Below, piece by piece: positions 11,579 to 23,563 of a DNA stretch of 64,000 bases (its first letter is position 1; each line of letters starts with the position of its first letter). Origin of the DNA: Selaginella moellendorffii. Taxonomy: Eukaryota; Plantae; Lycopodiophyta. A program made the translations under genes and the position numbers. The stretch covers positions 1,223,923 through 1,287,922 of the forward strand of contig NW_003314295.1 in the NCBI RefSeq assembly GCF_000143415.4, in the 5' to 3' direction. The notes below the pieces were generated by a model. The model searched no databases. It saw only the letters and a program-made list of their open reading frames with translations, and had not been told where the DNA came from.

Positions 11579-12394
11579 TCACAAGCTCATAGTCAGATCG
11601 TCTTCCTCCTGTGCGTTTAGCACTTTAATCCTCCACTCGCTCTCTTTCTTCTCAGTCAGAGAATCGTCCACCACAACTACCAGAGGATTCGTCACTTCAA
11701 TCGGCCACCCGGGGTCCTGAAAGATCGCATTCCTGCGCTGTTTCCTTTGAGATAACATCCATCGCACTAGCAAAAAGCACGCAAGAAGCACCAAGATCGC
11801 AACCAAAACCCAGAGAAGAAGCTGGAGCAGCGACCACGGCGTCCTCCGAGCCACTGTAACTACTGCCGCGGGTGTCGGTGTGGCCACTGCTGCGTTGTGA
11901 CCGTGGCGACGATGGTGGTGGTGGTGGTGGTGGTGGCGTCCTCCATGATGGTGACCATGGTGATGGTGGTGAACAACCAGAGGAGCTCCATCACCGTGAT
12001 GATGATGGCACGGAGCTGGATCGTGGTGGCGAGCATGATCAAGGAAAGCAGGCGCTGGAGCTCGATCACCAGGGTGGTGGCCGCGAGCATGAACGAAAGC
12101 AGCTGGCGCTGGAGCCGGAGCTGGAACTGGAGCGCCACCTTGAAGACCTGGAGGTAAAGCTGGCGCTGGCTCGTGGCCTCCATGAGATGCTCGAGGATGG
12201 TGGTGTCCATGCGCTGCTCGATGCGCCGGAGCTGGAGCTGGAGCTGGAGCTCGCGGGTGTGAAGCTCGGTGATGGCCGCCATGCCAGGGCGCTGGAGCTC
12301 GGTGGCCAAGCGTTGGAGGCCCATGATCGCGAGAGACCATAGCTTCTTGATGGAGAGAAGCATCCATACCTGACGAAAGCGCGCGTTCCGACAT
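11579..12394 (-). CDS. Orphan His/Pro/Ala-rich single-pass membrane protein, 271 aa (AGP-like AP repeats, poly-His)
   Basis: Intact ATG-TGA ORF with RAPAP/APAPAP repeats and poly-His, then one hydrophobic helix (LLQLLLWVLVAILVLLACFLLV) followed by basic RKQRR. The ORF is also intact in the duplicate. Confidence 0.6.
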   Translation of the reverse strand: MSERALSSGMDASLHQEAMVSRDHGPPTLGHRAPAPWHGGHHRASHPRAPAPAPAPAHRAAHGHHHPRASHGGHEPAPALPPGLQGGAPVPAPAPAPAAFVHARGHHPGDRAPAPAFLDHARHHDPAPCHHHHGDGAPLVVHHHHHGHHHGGRHHHHHHHHRRHGHNAAVATPTPAAVVTVARRTPWSLLQLLLWVLVAILVLLACFLLVRWMLSQRKQRRNAIFQDPGWPIEVTNPLVVVVDDSLTEKKESEWRIKVLNAQEEDDLTMSL

Positions 12395-12489
12395 CTCGAA
12401 TAGAAAAATCCAAGGGAGAAAGTATAACCTAACCTTGACTTGGAAAAAAATAGTAAAACTTTTTGAAAAAAAGGGAACTTGGATTGCGC

Positions 12490-12632
12490 GGCGAGTTGGA
12501 TCCTCCCCAAAGTCATTGTCGTCGATGGAAGCGTCCTGTTACTCGGTCACCAGATCGTTGAGATTGCTCTCCGCCTCAGAGAAATCGGTGTACCAGTGGA
12601 GAAACGCCTTGCGCTGGAACATGAGCGTCAAC
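12490..12632 (-). pseudogene. Beta-tubulin C-terminal fragment
   Basis: [43 protein letters not shown], compared with beta-tubulin [44 protein letters not shown]. Confidence 0.85.
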
Positions 12633-12695
12633 CTATTTGTGAAACAATCGACTATTCAAGAAGAGTGGAAAGACAAAGTTTGTGTGAGCACATTC

Positions 12696-14001
12696 TTAGC
12701 TGTGCTTGAGCTTGTCCTTGAATTCCTGCTGGAACTTCTCCAAACACTCCATCTCCATAGTCGAATTCCTCGAATCCGGAAAAGGAAGATGGCGAGAAGC
12801 ATAAGCATCCAAGTTGGGAGAGTCTTCCATGAAATCAATGGGGTCTGGAAGCTCATCTTTCATGTTTCCAAGGAGAGAGTGGAGGTCTTGATCTTGTTTG
12901 ACAGGCGTGCAACACCAAAGAAGAGAGACGCGAGGAGCTGTGCCTGATGACATACAAGCAGGAAAAGACTAAAGACGGCGCTAGGAAGTTCGCTTCTGCT
13001 GCCGAACTTGCAGATCATCGTCCTCCGGAACGTCCACCAGCAATCTTTCAGTGCTTCCCAGAAATATTTTCATAAGAGTCACCAGCTTTGCTCGTGAAAC
13101 TTACTTGCCGGCGTAGCTGATCAAGTATCTTCCAGATTATAAAAGCTCCCAGAGGTATCCCCAGACAGACGCCAAGCAGCACTACGCATTTTTGTGATCC
13201 TGATCGTGAAATCAACAAAGAGCAGGAGTTTTAAATCCAATCGAAAGAAAAAAGTCCAGGTAAAGGATGAGAAGTCACCTGAAACGGTTGAATCGCTTGA
13301 ATCACACGACTTTGGATCATCGATTTGTATCTCGCGAATCAGCCAGTTCCCGCGATCGGCTATGGGTAAGGAGCCACAAGAACACGCCAAGCTAAACTCG
13401 CTTGAGAAACGAGCTGTGCCGTCGGCAATGCCTGGCTTCCGAGAGCTACCTCCGGCAATGGTGGTCACTGTTGGAAACAGAAAAAATGTTCTAGAGATTT
13501 TTAAAAGAGAAAACGAAACTACCTTTGCTGATTTTGCGTATAGCCATCCTCGTATCCGCCACAAAGATCGCGCCATTGCCGCACATAGCAAGGCTTTGTG
13601 GGCGATTAAAAAGTGACTTTGCCGCCGGGCCGTCGATATAGCCGGACTCCCAACCGGCAAAAGCTTCCAAGCTGCTATCTAGAGGAAAAAAATCTTAAGC
13701 TTTGGCGCCACAAAACAAAGCATAAGAAAAGCCTCTAGTGCTTACTCTGCGAGAGTGGCAGTCTCAGCTTCCATATACGATTGCCACTGGAATCGGGCGC
13801 CAACATAAACTTGTTCCGCGGGTCCGGATACAAGCCAAAGGCATTTACCGAGTGCTTGCCGAGATCAAACAAGGTCTTGACAGTAAACCCAGAACAAAAG
13901 TTTTGAGCAAGAGCGTAAAGCTCACGAACAAACTCTGAAGCATCATTAGCAAGCGAGGCGAGCAGCAGCGCTCCGATGATCCAGGCCGAGCTGTTCTTCA
14001 T
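12696..14001 (-). CDS. NHL-repeat-containing membrane protein (multi-exon; 3' exon structure uncertain)
   Basis: Signal peptide MKNSSAWIIGALLLASLA; exons GFTVKTLFD...DSSGNRIWKL, GYIDGPAAKSLFNRPQSL...IFVADTRMAIRKIS, VTTIAGG...ARFSSEF...IADRGNWLIREIQ; TM segment VVLLGVCLGIPLGAFIIW. These match plant NHL-domain proteins. Confidence 0.78.
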
Positions 14002-14623
14002 ATCGTGCTCTAAAACCCTCAAGCGTCGTTTAGCCTGAGATGGTTAGAAGATCCATTTCCTATGTGGTTAAATACCCGTGAATCATAATTGAACTGTGTG
14101 TTCACGCCATTCGCAAGCTACAAAGAGTTATCATCAAGCAAGGCAGTGGAAAACAATTTTGGTACTAGGAGCATTCATGAACAATTGATAAGAACAACTA
14201 AGATCCATTGAGAAAGGTATGCTATATACGAAGAAGCTTTAGGATGTTCTTTGGAAAATGTTGCCAGTTCTGGTGGGTGATTATAATTCTACTGTGAGAG
14301 AATATCAGATAATTGCAATGATTTCATCCCAAAATATCAGATCCCAGATCAAGTATGGAACGTTCAATTTCAGGGCTGAACGCATTCAGCCTTCATGCTA
14401 AGAGATTGTGATGGGAATGGCACGACTGCTGCCAAGCATGTTGTGTAGCACATTTGCCAATGAGTGTTTGGTTTGGGTGAGCCCTAAGAAAATCACTCCC
14501 AATGTCACCATAATCAGTTTACAAACACCTGAGTAAGTTTAAGTTTAAATGGTCATCTTCATTGAGAAGCCCCAATCCATAACAATTTAGATAGCATTAT
14601 TTCTTTAAAATATTTTGTGCTGT

Positions 14624-14796
14624 TGTGAGGGTAAGTGTACGGCTACGATGCCGTATACTAATATTAGTGTAGTAGGATTTTGGTAGTTGTCAGATTGGTT
14701 TCAATCCGAACCACTCGCTCCTGTATATAAGCTAGGGTTTTTGGGCTAATTGATATGCACATTTCTGTATTCCTGTTCCATATTCCATGCACTCAC
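14624..14796 (+). mobile_element. LTR of the adjacent gypsy family, in opposite orientation, next to the assembly gap
   Basis: Reverse-complement match to the LTR at 19532-19706. Confidence 0.85.
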
Positions 14797-14891
14797 TATG
14801 CAAAAAGCTAGATCTAAACCAAAATCCTGAAAGAAAAGAACAAAAGAAAAAAAATGGAAAAAGCTAGATCTAGACAATGTAAAAGCTAGAT

Positions 14892-14991
14892 NNNNNNNNN
14901 NNNNNNNNNNNNNNNNNNNNNNNNNNNNNNNNNNNNNNNNNNNNNNNNNNNNNNNNNNNNNNNNNNNNNNNNNNNNNNNNNNNNNNNNNNN
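14892..14991. other. Assembly gap (100 N)
   Basis: Run of N. Confidence 1.
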
Positions 14992-17900
14992 CTCACATCA
15001 TCCCCTCCTCTCGGAATAATGGAAGGCCGTCAGGGTTCTCTTGTAGATGGGCCGGGATCTGGAGGAACGTCAGGAAGAGGCATCGGTGGATCTGTAGACG
15101 GTATTAACTGCTCCTGATCCCTTTGTATGAAGCGTTTTAACCGCTGCACATGCACAATCTCGGGAGGATCGGCCTGCTAAACGTCATGCCGAACCTCATA
15201 AACTTGTGGTCCAACTTGCCACAACATCCGATACGGTCCTTTCCACTGCGCAAGGAGCCCCTTAGATAAACCATGTACCGTAAGATGGGGAAAACGGACT
15301 AACACCAAATCATCCACTTTGTACTCCGCAGGTGGACGATGATGCACTTGTACGCGGCCTAGGTGTTCAGCAGACTCTGCTCGGACAAGTGGAAGAATGC
15401 TTGTCAAATATTGATCCCATGACCTAGCATCAGAAGCTCGTGGCAATCGCGAAGGTAAACCCAGCTCTGTTGGTAATATTGGATCATGACCATATAGAAG
15501 TTTATATGGTGAAGCACCAACAGAACTCTGCACCCCTGTGACATAGGCATATCGAAGAGATGGCAAATAACCATCCCAATCCGAATGCTGAAAGTTCACA
15601 TACTTCGCAATCATCCCTTTGAATGTCCGAACGAGCCGTTCCACCAGACCATCTGATTGTGGATGATAAACACTCGTAAAAGTGTGGCGTATCCCCAACT
15701 GAGATGTCAAAACATGAAATACCTCAGCCATAAATGCAGGACTATTATCCGAAAGAATCCGCTCTGGACAAGAATGTTGGAACACCACTTGATTGAGGAG
15801 GAAGTATCCAACAGCAGTTGTAGAGGCACTAGTAAGAGCACCAACTTCCACCCAACGAGTCAAGTAGTCAGAAGCAATAATAACATACTCATTGCCAGTA
15901 GTCGATCGTGGAAAAGGTCCCATAAGATCAAACGCCACCAACTCAAACGGACGGGAAACTGCAATTGACTCTAACCGTCCTTCCGCAGCACAAGGGGGAG
16001 TATTACGAGCTTGGCACCAAACACAACTACGCACATACCGGATAATATCACGTCGCATCTCTGGCCAATAGAAAGACTTGCGCAGCTTCTCGGTGACACG
16101 ACGGTGTCCCATATGCCCACCTAGAACAGGAGAATCATGGTAAGCATGGAGAAACTGCAAAATAAACACCGAAGGCACCACCAGCCGTAAATGATCATCA
16201 GAATCCGTCCCCACAAAATAAAAAAGGCCATCTTTAAGGCGATATTGAGAATGTAAATGCCGGAAAGGCAAATCATCAGCAAGTGATGCAGGATTCTCAA
16301 ACCCATCTCGAAGCCTTCGAATCCACGGCTTAATCTTTTGAGCCTCGCGAACCTCATCAAGAGAAGGTAGATCTTGCTCTGCGCCCTGTGGACACTGAAC
16401 GTCAAGGACAGCAACCGCCGAAGGCACAGAATCCTCATCTAGAAAATCCACAGATGCTGGAACAACAGGTTCGTTAGAAACATGAGAAGTGAGTGGAGAA
16501 GGAAGAGGAGCTCAAGAAAGGGCATCAGCATCAGCCATAGAACTCCCTGGGCGATGAACAACATCGAAATCATATATCTGAAGCTTCAAAGCCCATCGAG
16601 CCGTACGACCAACCAGGTTCTTCTGCCAGACTGTTGCTAAACACTCCTTCTCCGTCGTGGAGTAGTTCATCTCCGCTGGTTGTAATGTACGGCTTATGTA
16701 TGCAATGGGATGGCGCTGACCAGGCACACTCGAGCTCTCTTGCATTAACACGCCTCCAAGACCAATGTCAGAAGCATCCACGCGCAAAATAAAAGGTCGA
16801 GTGTAGTCAGGATATGCCAAAACCGGAGGAGTCGTCAATAGCTCTTTGAGATTCACGAACGCCCGCTCACAATCCGGAGACCAGATGAAAGATGACGTTG
16901 ATGACTTCAACAAGGCTCGCAATGGTGTAGTGCGATCGGAAAGATGATCCACAAAATGACCGAGATACTGCACCTTACCCAAAAAGCGCTGCACATCATT
17001 CACACACTTCGGAGTAGGGAACTTTAGAATAGCCACAAGTTTGTCAGGATCAACTTGCAAACCCTCACGAGAAATACGGTACCCAAGATAAGTTGTGTCC
17101 TTGGACCCAAACACACACTTTGACTGCTTCAGCTTTAAACCAACGTCGCGTAGCCGATCCAACACTTTACAAACATCACAAACGTGCTCCTCCCACGTCC
17201 CCTCCGAGTGGATCAAGACATCATCAATGAAGTCAGCCGTCACCTCCGGCATATCGCAAAGAAAAAGTTGCTGGAGCATTGTTCAAACCAAACGGTATCA
17301 CCAAGAACTCGTACAAACCAAATGGTGTACAAAAAGCAGTCTTAGGAATATCTTCTTCGGCCATCGGTACTTGCCAATACCCAGAAGCAAGATCTAGCTT
17401 GGTGAACCAACGACTTCGCCCTAGACGATCCAAGAGATCAGTAGTGTGAGGAAGAGGGTACACGTTCGGGATCGTCACTTCATTTAACGGACAATAGTCG
17501 ATGCAGAAACGAATACTCCCATCAGGCTTCGTCACAAGATGAGGTTCACGTGCCCAAGGACTCCGCGACTTCCGAATAACACCCTTCTCCAACATCTCCT
17601 TGACGTTTGCACGTAAAATCTTGATCTCCTTGGGTGACCGACGACGAACAGGAACCTTGATTGGACGAGCATCCCCGGTTGGAATAGGATGACGTGTGGC
17701 AATCTTGGCCCCAGATGATAAGTCAAATTCAAAGAGATCAGAATACTCCTTCATGAGTTGGTCAACAACTGCAACACAAAGATCATCGGAGGGATCGGAA
17801 AAGGGAAGAGCAGAACAAGATGGAAACACAAGAGGAAATAGTGGGGGAACAAAAGTAATGGAAGTAGAGGTAGAAGTAGAGGGACGAAGAAGTACGGAAG

Positions 17901-19706
17901 TGAGAGGAATGGATGAAACATAAGGAAGTATAAGACAAGGGGGAGAAGCCTCAAAGTCACACTTGGCATGATTGCGCTGCAATCAATCCATACCAAGAAT
18001 GAGGTCAAAAGCTTGACTCAGCACCACCCGCAACGACTGCAACTCAAGCTCGAGATCGCCCATACGCACAACCAGGTCCACCTCATCTCGTGCACATACA
18101 TGTGTACGGCCGTTGCCATAAAGAATGAAAACTAGATCCGCCGCATGACGCAAGTGTAGACGACAACGTGTGGCAACAGGTCGAGCAATAGAAGATAAAC
18201 TCGAACCTGTATCAACTAACACGGAGAGAAGAATAGGAGAACTCTTGTTATAAAAACGAGCTTGGAAAGTAAACACTGGATGAACCAGTGCCAAGTGAAC
18301 CCCTTGATGATACTCTCAAAAGAAAAATGGAGGGGTCACTAACTTATTCGCGCAAGGTCCCTCCATTACTCGCGTGACTCCTCGTTTCCCAAATGCACCT
18401 CGGTATCCAAACCTTCCACCGCAGCAGCACCAACGGGACGTTGCTGACGCCAAGGTCTCCACCCAGGAAATGGAGGTCACCAATCCGGAAAGCGCCGACA
18501 ACACCGATAAGTATGACCAACTTCATCACACGCCCAGCAACGAACATCACGGCCACGACCACGTCCTCGCCCTTGTCCTTGGACTCGAGTAGTAGCAGCA
18601 TCAACCTCCATGGGAACAGGACCATCACTCATAGGAAGTGGAGCTGAAGGACGTGTAGCAAGAAGTGGAAGAGGCGACGTCTCATATCGTTGTGCCAAGC
18701 GAAGAGCATCGTCAAGGGTGGCAGGAGCAAGTGCATGCACAAGTCCGACAAGATCTTGACGAAGTGCTGGCCACAACATTCCTAGCTTGATCTGCTCCGA
18801 CATATTTGGCTCCACACGAAGCAAAAGACTTCGGAAACGAATGCCAAATTGCATCACCAACTCAGATGGCCCTTGGCGAAGACGATGCAATTGTTGGAAG
18901 GCATCATCACAATCGTCGGCGTGTCCGAAGGCGTGTTTGAAGACATCCGGAAGAACACTCCAATCGCCACGAGTGGCTGCGCTCAATCCATTGTACCACT
19001 GCAATGCCGTCCCTTGGAGACATGTGGGGAACTCACGCAAATGTCGAGCATCATCCCAAGAATGATATGTGGCAATCACCGTGAAGTGATCGAACCAATA
19101 GTACACATCATCCCCAGGATTCCCACGAAAGAACTCCGGCCGAACACGAGGATTGGCACCAAGAGCAGGAGGAGTTGTACCATGTGCCGTGAACGCCGCC
19201 ATCAATTGAGTTTGGTTGTTCAATTGCAAGCGCATAGCATCAAGCAATTGAACCAACTGCTGCTCTAGAGTCAAAGGAGGAGATTGCAGATCGGCCATGA
19301 AGATGAATGAAAAAGAAAGAGCAAAAGAAGAGAAATGACAAAAAGCTGGAAAGAAATGGTAGATCTAAACAATGCAAAAAGCTAGATCTAAACCAAAATC
19401 CTGAAAGGAAAGAACAAAAGAAAAGAAATGGAAAAAGCTAGATCTAAACAATGCAAAAGCTAGATCTAAACCGAAATCCCAAATCCAAGCACTCCCCAGG
19501 GACAATCAAAGGTACCCCTCAACTCCACCAATGTGAGTGCATGGAATATGGAACAGGAATATAGAAATGTGCATATCAATTAGCCCAAAAACCCTAGCTT
19601 ATATACAGGAGCGAGTGGTCCGGATTGAAACCAATCCGACGGCTACCAAAATCCCACTATGCTAATATTAGTATACGGCATCGTAGCCGTACACTTGGCC
19701 CTCACA
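14992..19706 (-). mobile_element. Ty3/gypsy LTR retrotransposon (no chromodomain seen), defective
   Basis: 5' LTR 19532-19706 (TG..CA), PBS TGGTGGAG (tRNA-Ala-like), gag 18477-19298, protease LVDTGS (17983-18294), RT (LDLASGYWQ, FIDD), RNase H with an internal deletion, integrase 15177-16451 (GPY/F motif), PPT at about 15000-15012. The 3' LTR falls in the gap. Confidence 0.95.
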
Positions 19707-19751
19707 GTGCAATGTTTTATATATATATATAAAGGATAAAAAAAAGTTAAT

Positions 19752-19887
19752 TGTAAGCAATTAAAAAGAACAATTTGAGAAATGATTCATTAAGGTTTAA
19801 ATATAGAATCCTAGGATATTTAGGGTTAAGTATTTTTGAGTTTAAGTATTACTAAGTTAGATGACTTCCCAAATTCAAAAGCTTACA
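19752..19887 (+). mobile_element. Degenerate LTR of the Cassandra-like TRIM family
   Basis: Similar to 4978-5157, ends AAATTCAAAAGCTTACA, retains a decayed 5S-like core. Confidence 0.5.
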
Positions 19888-22189
19888 TTTAAGGATCATA
19901 TGTTTAAATTGATATTTGGTATATCATGAGACGTAACCAAGAAAGGATATCCAATTTGAAGCAAGTACTATTGAGTGAGATTGGGCAATATATTTTTTGA
20001 CAAGATTAATGTTAACTTATTAGATGAGTTATTACTATAGTACTATAGGTAAAAATAAGTCTTCTATAGGCTTGCTATAAGTGGAAAATAAGTTAGTCTA
20101 TAGTTGTTTAGTATGACATTAGTGGATCTTTATTATGTATGATTATAAGTGGATCAATCAAAATTATAAAGATTAGTTTATCTGTTCAAATAGTCATTAT
20201 TGTATTCTCTCATAAACTTTTCTTAAATTAGATTTAAACAGTGTGAATACAAGTTTAATGTTTAGTCAAGTTGAGTCTGAAAATAATGTTATTAAGGATA
20301 AAAATATCAAACATATAAATCATTTTCTCTTCTTTAAAAGATAAAATATGGTCTTGTCACAACCTTTTGAACTTCAAGATGAAGAAACTTAGTTTCTCTA
20401 TGGAATAATAAAACCACTTAGATTGTATATCAAAAAGTAACTTCACTACCTTAAATATCCCCTTTAGCTTTCACAAGTTTATTGTGCATAAAACCATTAA
20501 GCTTTATAAAAACTTGAGGTTCTTGAACTTTCATCACAAAATATGAAAAAACCACTATAAAAATACTTTTGAGTTATATCCATAACGAATTCCACTATAT
20601 TCACTTTAACATCCTCTAACCCTTCACAAAAGAACAACCTTTTTTATAATATTCAGCTTTGTAAAAATTTAAATATTTGCCCTCCACTTTGTTGGTCCAA
20701 ACAAAGGGTTTTAACCTTATTATCATCTTCATTCTTTGAGATTTGATACAATAATAATCATTTCTTCCCTAAATATGAAGTATTGGTTATCATGTTGTCT
20801 ACCCTATTAATCATTCTATTGACCATAATTGACTGAGTTACTTTAGTGATAGCATCAATCAATTTTGCTAACAAGTCTTTCTTGACTTTTTGCTATATAT
20901 CCACCAAACTCAAACCATTGATAAAACAATGCATCTTTAGAAACTCATTATATGTGTTTGTGAAATTAAAGTAATGATCACAGAACTTAACGAACATATA
21001 CATTCAAAGACAAAATCCTTTGCATGATCTTTAATAACTAATTCACAAGATTAACCTTTTCAAACTTCTTCACAAATGAAGCATAAAGAACCTTTGTTAA
21101 ATCATTTAGAAATCTTTAATGAAATTACTAGAATCTAAAACAAAAACCATAAGAATATTCTAAAAATATTTCATGGTTTAGGTATTTAGGGCTTGTTGAT
21201 TTCATTGGTATTATTCTTTTTGGGGGGGTGGGGATGCTGATCCTAATGAAGAGTTAATGATAGTCATAATGTGGATGAAGAGACTGTTGATGATGTTATT
21301 TTAAAATTAAATATTCAAAATGACATCAAGGAGGTGAATAAACTCAGTGTATATCTTGACTTGGATGGAGAACAGCACCACACCTGACATCTTATCAACT
21401 ACCTTAACTATATAAAAATACCTTTCCTGAGTCCAAGTTATAAAACCTATAAGAACACACATAACAAAAGAAACCAATCTATCTACAATCATCTATATTC
21501 CAAAACTAAAGCTAGAGCAAAAAGTTAATATTCCTCATTTTTTTTAGTACCCTATCTCTCGCACTTCAATATAGTAGTGCCCCTCAAATGACAATGTCCC
21601 CCATTTAAATGAAACTACCAATCATCTCATGTCCAAGCTGCCCCAAAAATCCTTCATGTGAAGCTTATAAACTCTTTCCTCTTTACGCAAAAGTGCCAAA
21701 AAATTGGAAATAAAATCTATCACTGTTGAATCTGATCCAAAAGAGTCTTTTGCCATGGGTATGAATCAATTGCTTCAGACAAGAGAACTCCCAAAGCAAA
21801 ACTTAAGGGCCAAACATCACCTCTTTCCAGTGGCTTTCTTGTACACTTCCAATACCAATTGTATCAACAAAGTGGGTAAATCCAAATTCAAGGTAATCTC
21901 AAGGCACTGGCAAGGTGGTGGCAGCACACTCCATTGGATTAATGCCAGGCAATAGTGGTTTAAAGAGAGATAATAGTGGGAACAATGATGTCACAATTGT
22001 ATCCCTTTGCATTTATTTCCTTTGGATGAGGATTAGATTTATGCAGAAGTGTGTCATTGTGATAGTGACACACTTAAACTTCTCAATCAATAGCCATGTC
22101 TCCACACTTCCTATATAATCTGATGAGCAAGCACACAAGTGGCAGATTCTTGTCTAGATTCCCTCAAAATGTCCACCTTTGCTACTAAG

Positions 22190-23230
22190 CCTGAGTGTTT
22201 GACTGCCAACTTGCTTGTAGAGCTTGAGAGCAAAGGTGGATATTTTGAGGAGTATTCTCCAAACATCCTATGAAACAATGTTTTTTTACTTCATGCAAAG
22301 TCTAGCATCTTATTACATCCAATAGAAGAGCTCAAGGTGCATAACCCATGATGATCATATTCCATACAACCAATGTCGTGGTTTTGCATCCTCTCAAACA
22401 CTTCTGATGCTTCCACATGTTCACAAGGCTGACAAATGCATTAGCTTCATATCCACACTTCGCACCCATCCTGCATAAATCTTCCATACTCCCACTCCTC
22501 GCGTACAGACCCACCAGACTCCTTGCCACAAACACATCAAGATCATAGCCCACCTTGCAAGCCACCGTATGAAGAGCCATTCCTTTCTTGGCTTCATCGT
22601 TTCCTTCAGCTGCTTGTAAGTACTATGAAAACTTGCTGAGCATCCCACACTTGGGAGTAGAGTCCAAGAGGCTGTTTAGAATGTGAAATCTATTGCCTGC
22701 ATATGAAACTTCTTAAAGTTAATACACCATTGCAGTTCAGAACTAAGCTTACCTCTTTTGCTCACCAAAAATCCATTTTCCATCCTGGAATCAGCTGGCA
22801 CGCTTCTCAAGTTGACAGCCTTGCTACTACGTGCTGGAAAAAGAGATTGAGTGCCAAACTACCTTTGCAATTATGAGTGGAGATGAAACATTGTAGGTCT
22901 ACATGCAAATTCTTGCCAATACACATTGTTGCTCCTGAACTCACAATGATAGCCAGCCTCCTGTTGTACCCACAAAACGACTCCTCTTTTTCTTCTTCAG
23001 GAATGTCCCATGCAATGGCTCCTACGTCTGAAACATACCCCTGATCCTTGAGAGCAGCCTTGTGAAGCCATCTTGTCCCTATGTGCGTGAGTTTTATCCC
23101 ATAAGTATGAACTTATGAATGATTCCACATTTGTCAGTGTTTGAGCTTCTTCTGAACTTTGCCTACAATCCCATATGCATGTAGGCTGCAGCTTTGCTTC
23201 TTGTCTGGCTATAACATTCTTCCACTTCCC
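22190..23230 (-). pseudogene. PLS-class PPR pseudogene with E/DYW remnant (duplicate of 9040-9965)
   Basis: DLDVFVARSLVGLYARSGSMED, VVWNMIIMGYA, and a DYW-like segment shared with copy A. Confidence 0.7.
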
Positions 23231-23563
23231 AAGTGATCACATTCAGAGTGAAATGCCAAAGAAACACTCCTTTATTTCTTATAATTTTTATAACCATTTT
23301 GGTATCCCACAACATTTTTTTTAACCATACTATTTTAATTATAGCCTCTCCATTAATTTTTCTCTCTCCTCCAATTAAACTTCTAGCATATAAAGTATTG
23401 TCAAAAAGTAAAATTATTATGAATTTTGGGCAAAATATTGGGGGAGATGATATTCCAGACCTTGATGAATTCCTGGAGAAGTATGATCCTTTTCAGGAAC
23501 AATTGACAAGAAGGTTTGTTATGAGTATACTCTCAGAAATGGTTATAAGGATTTTTCTTGGCA

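Larger units (their letters stand above)
6370..12910. repeat. Segmental duplication copy A (copy B about 19998-28220, same orientation)
   Basis: Colinear similarity from GACAAGATTAAT (6370/19998) to TTTGACAGGCG (about 12907/28220), interrupted by copy-specific insertions. Confidence 0.9.
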
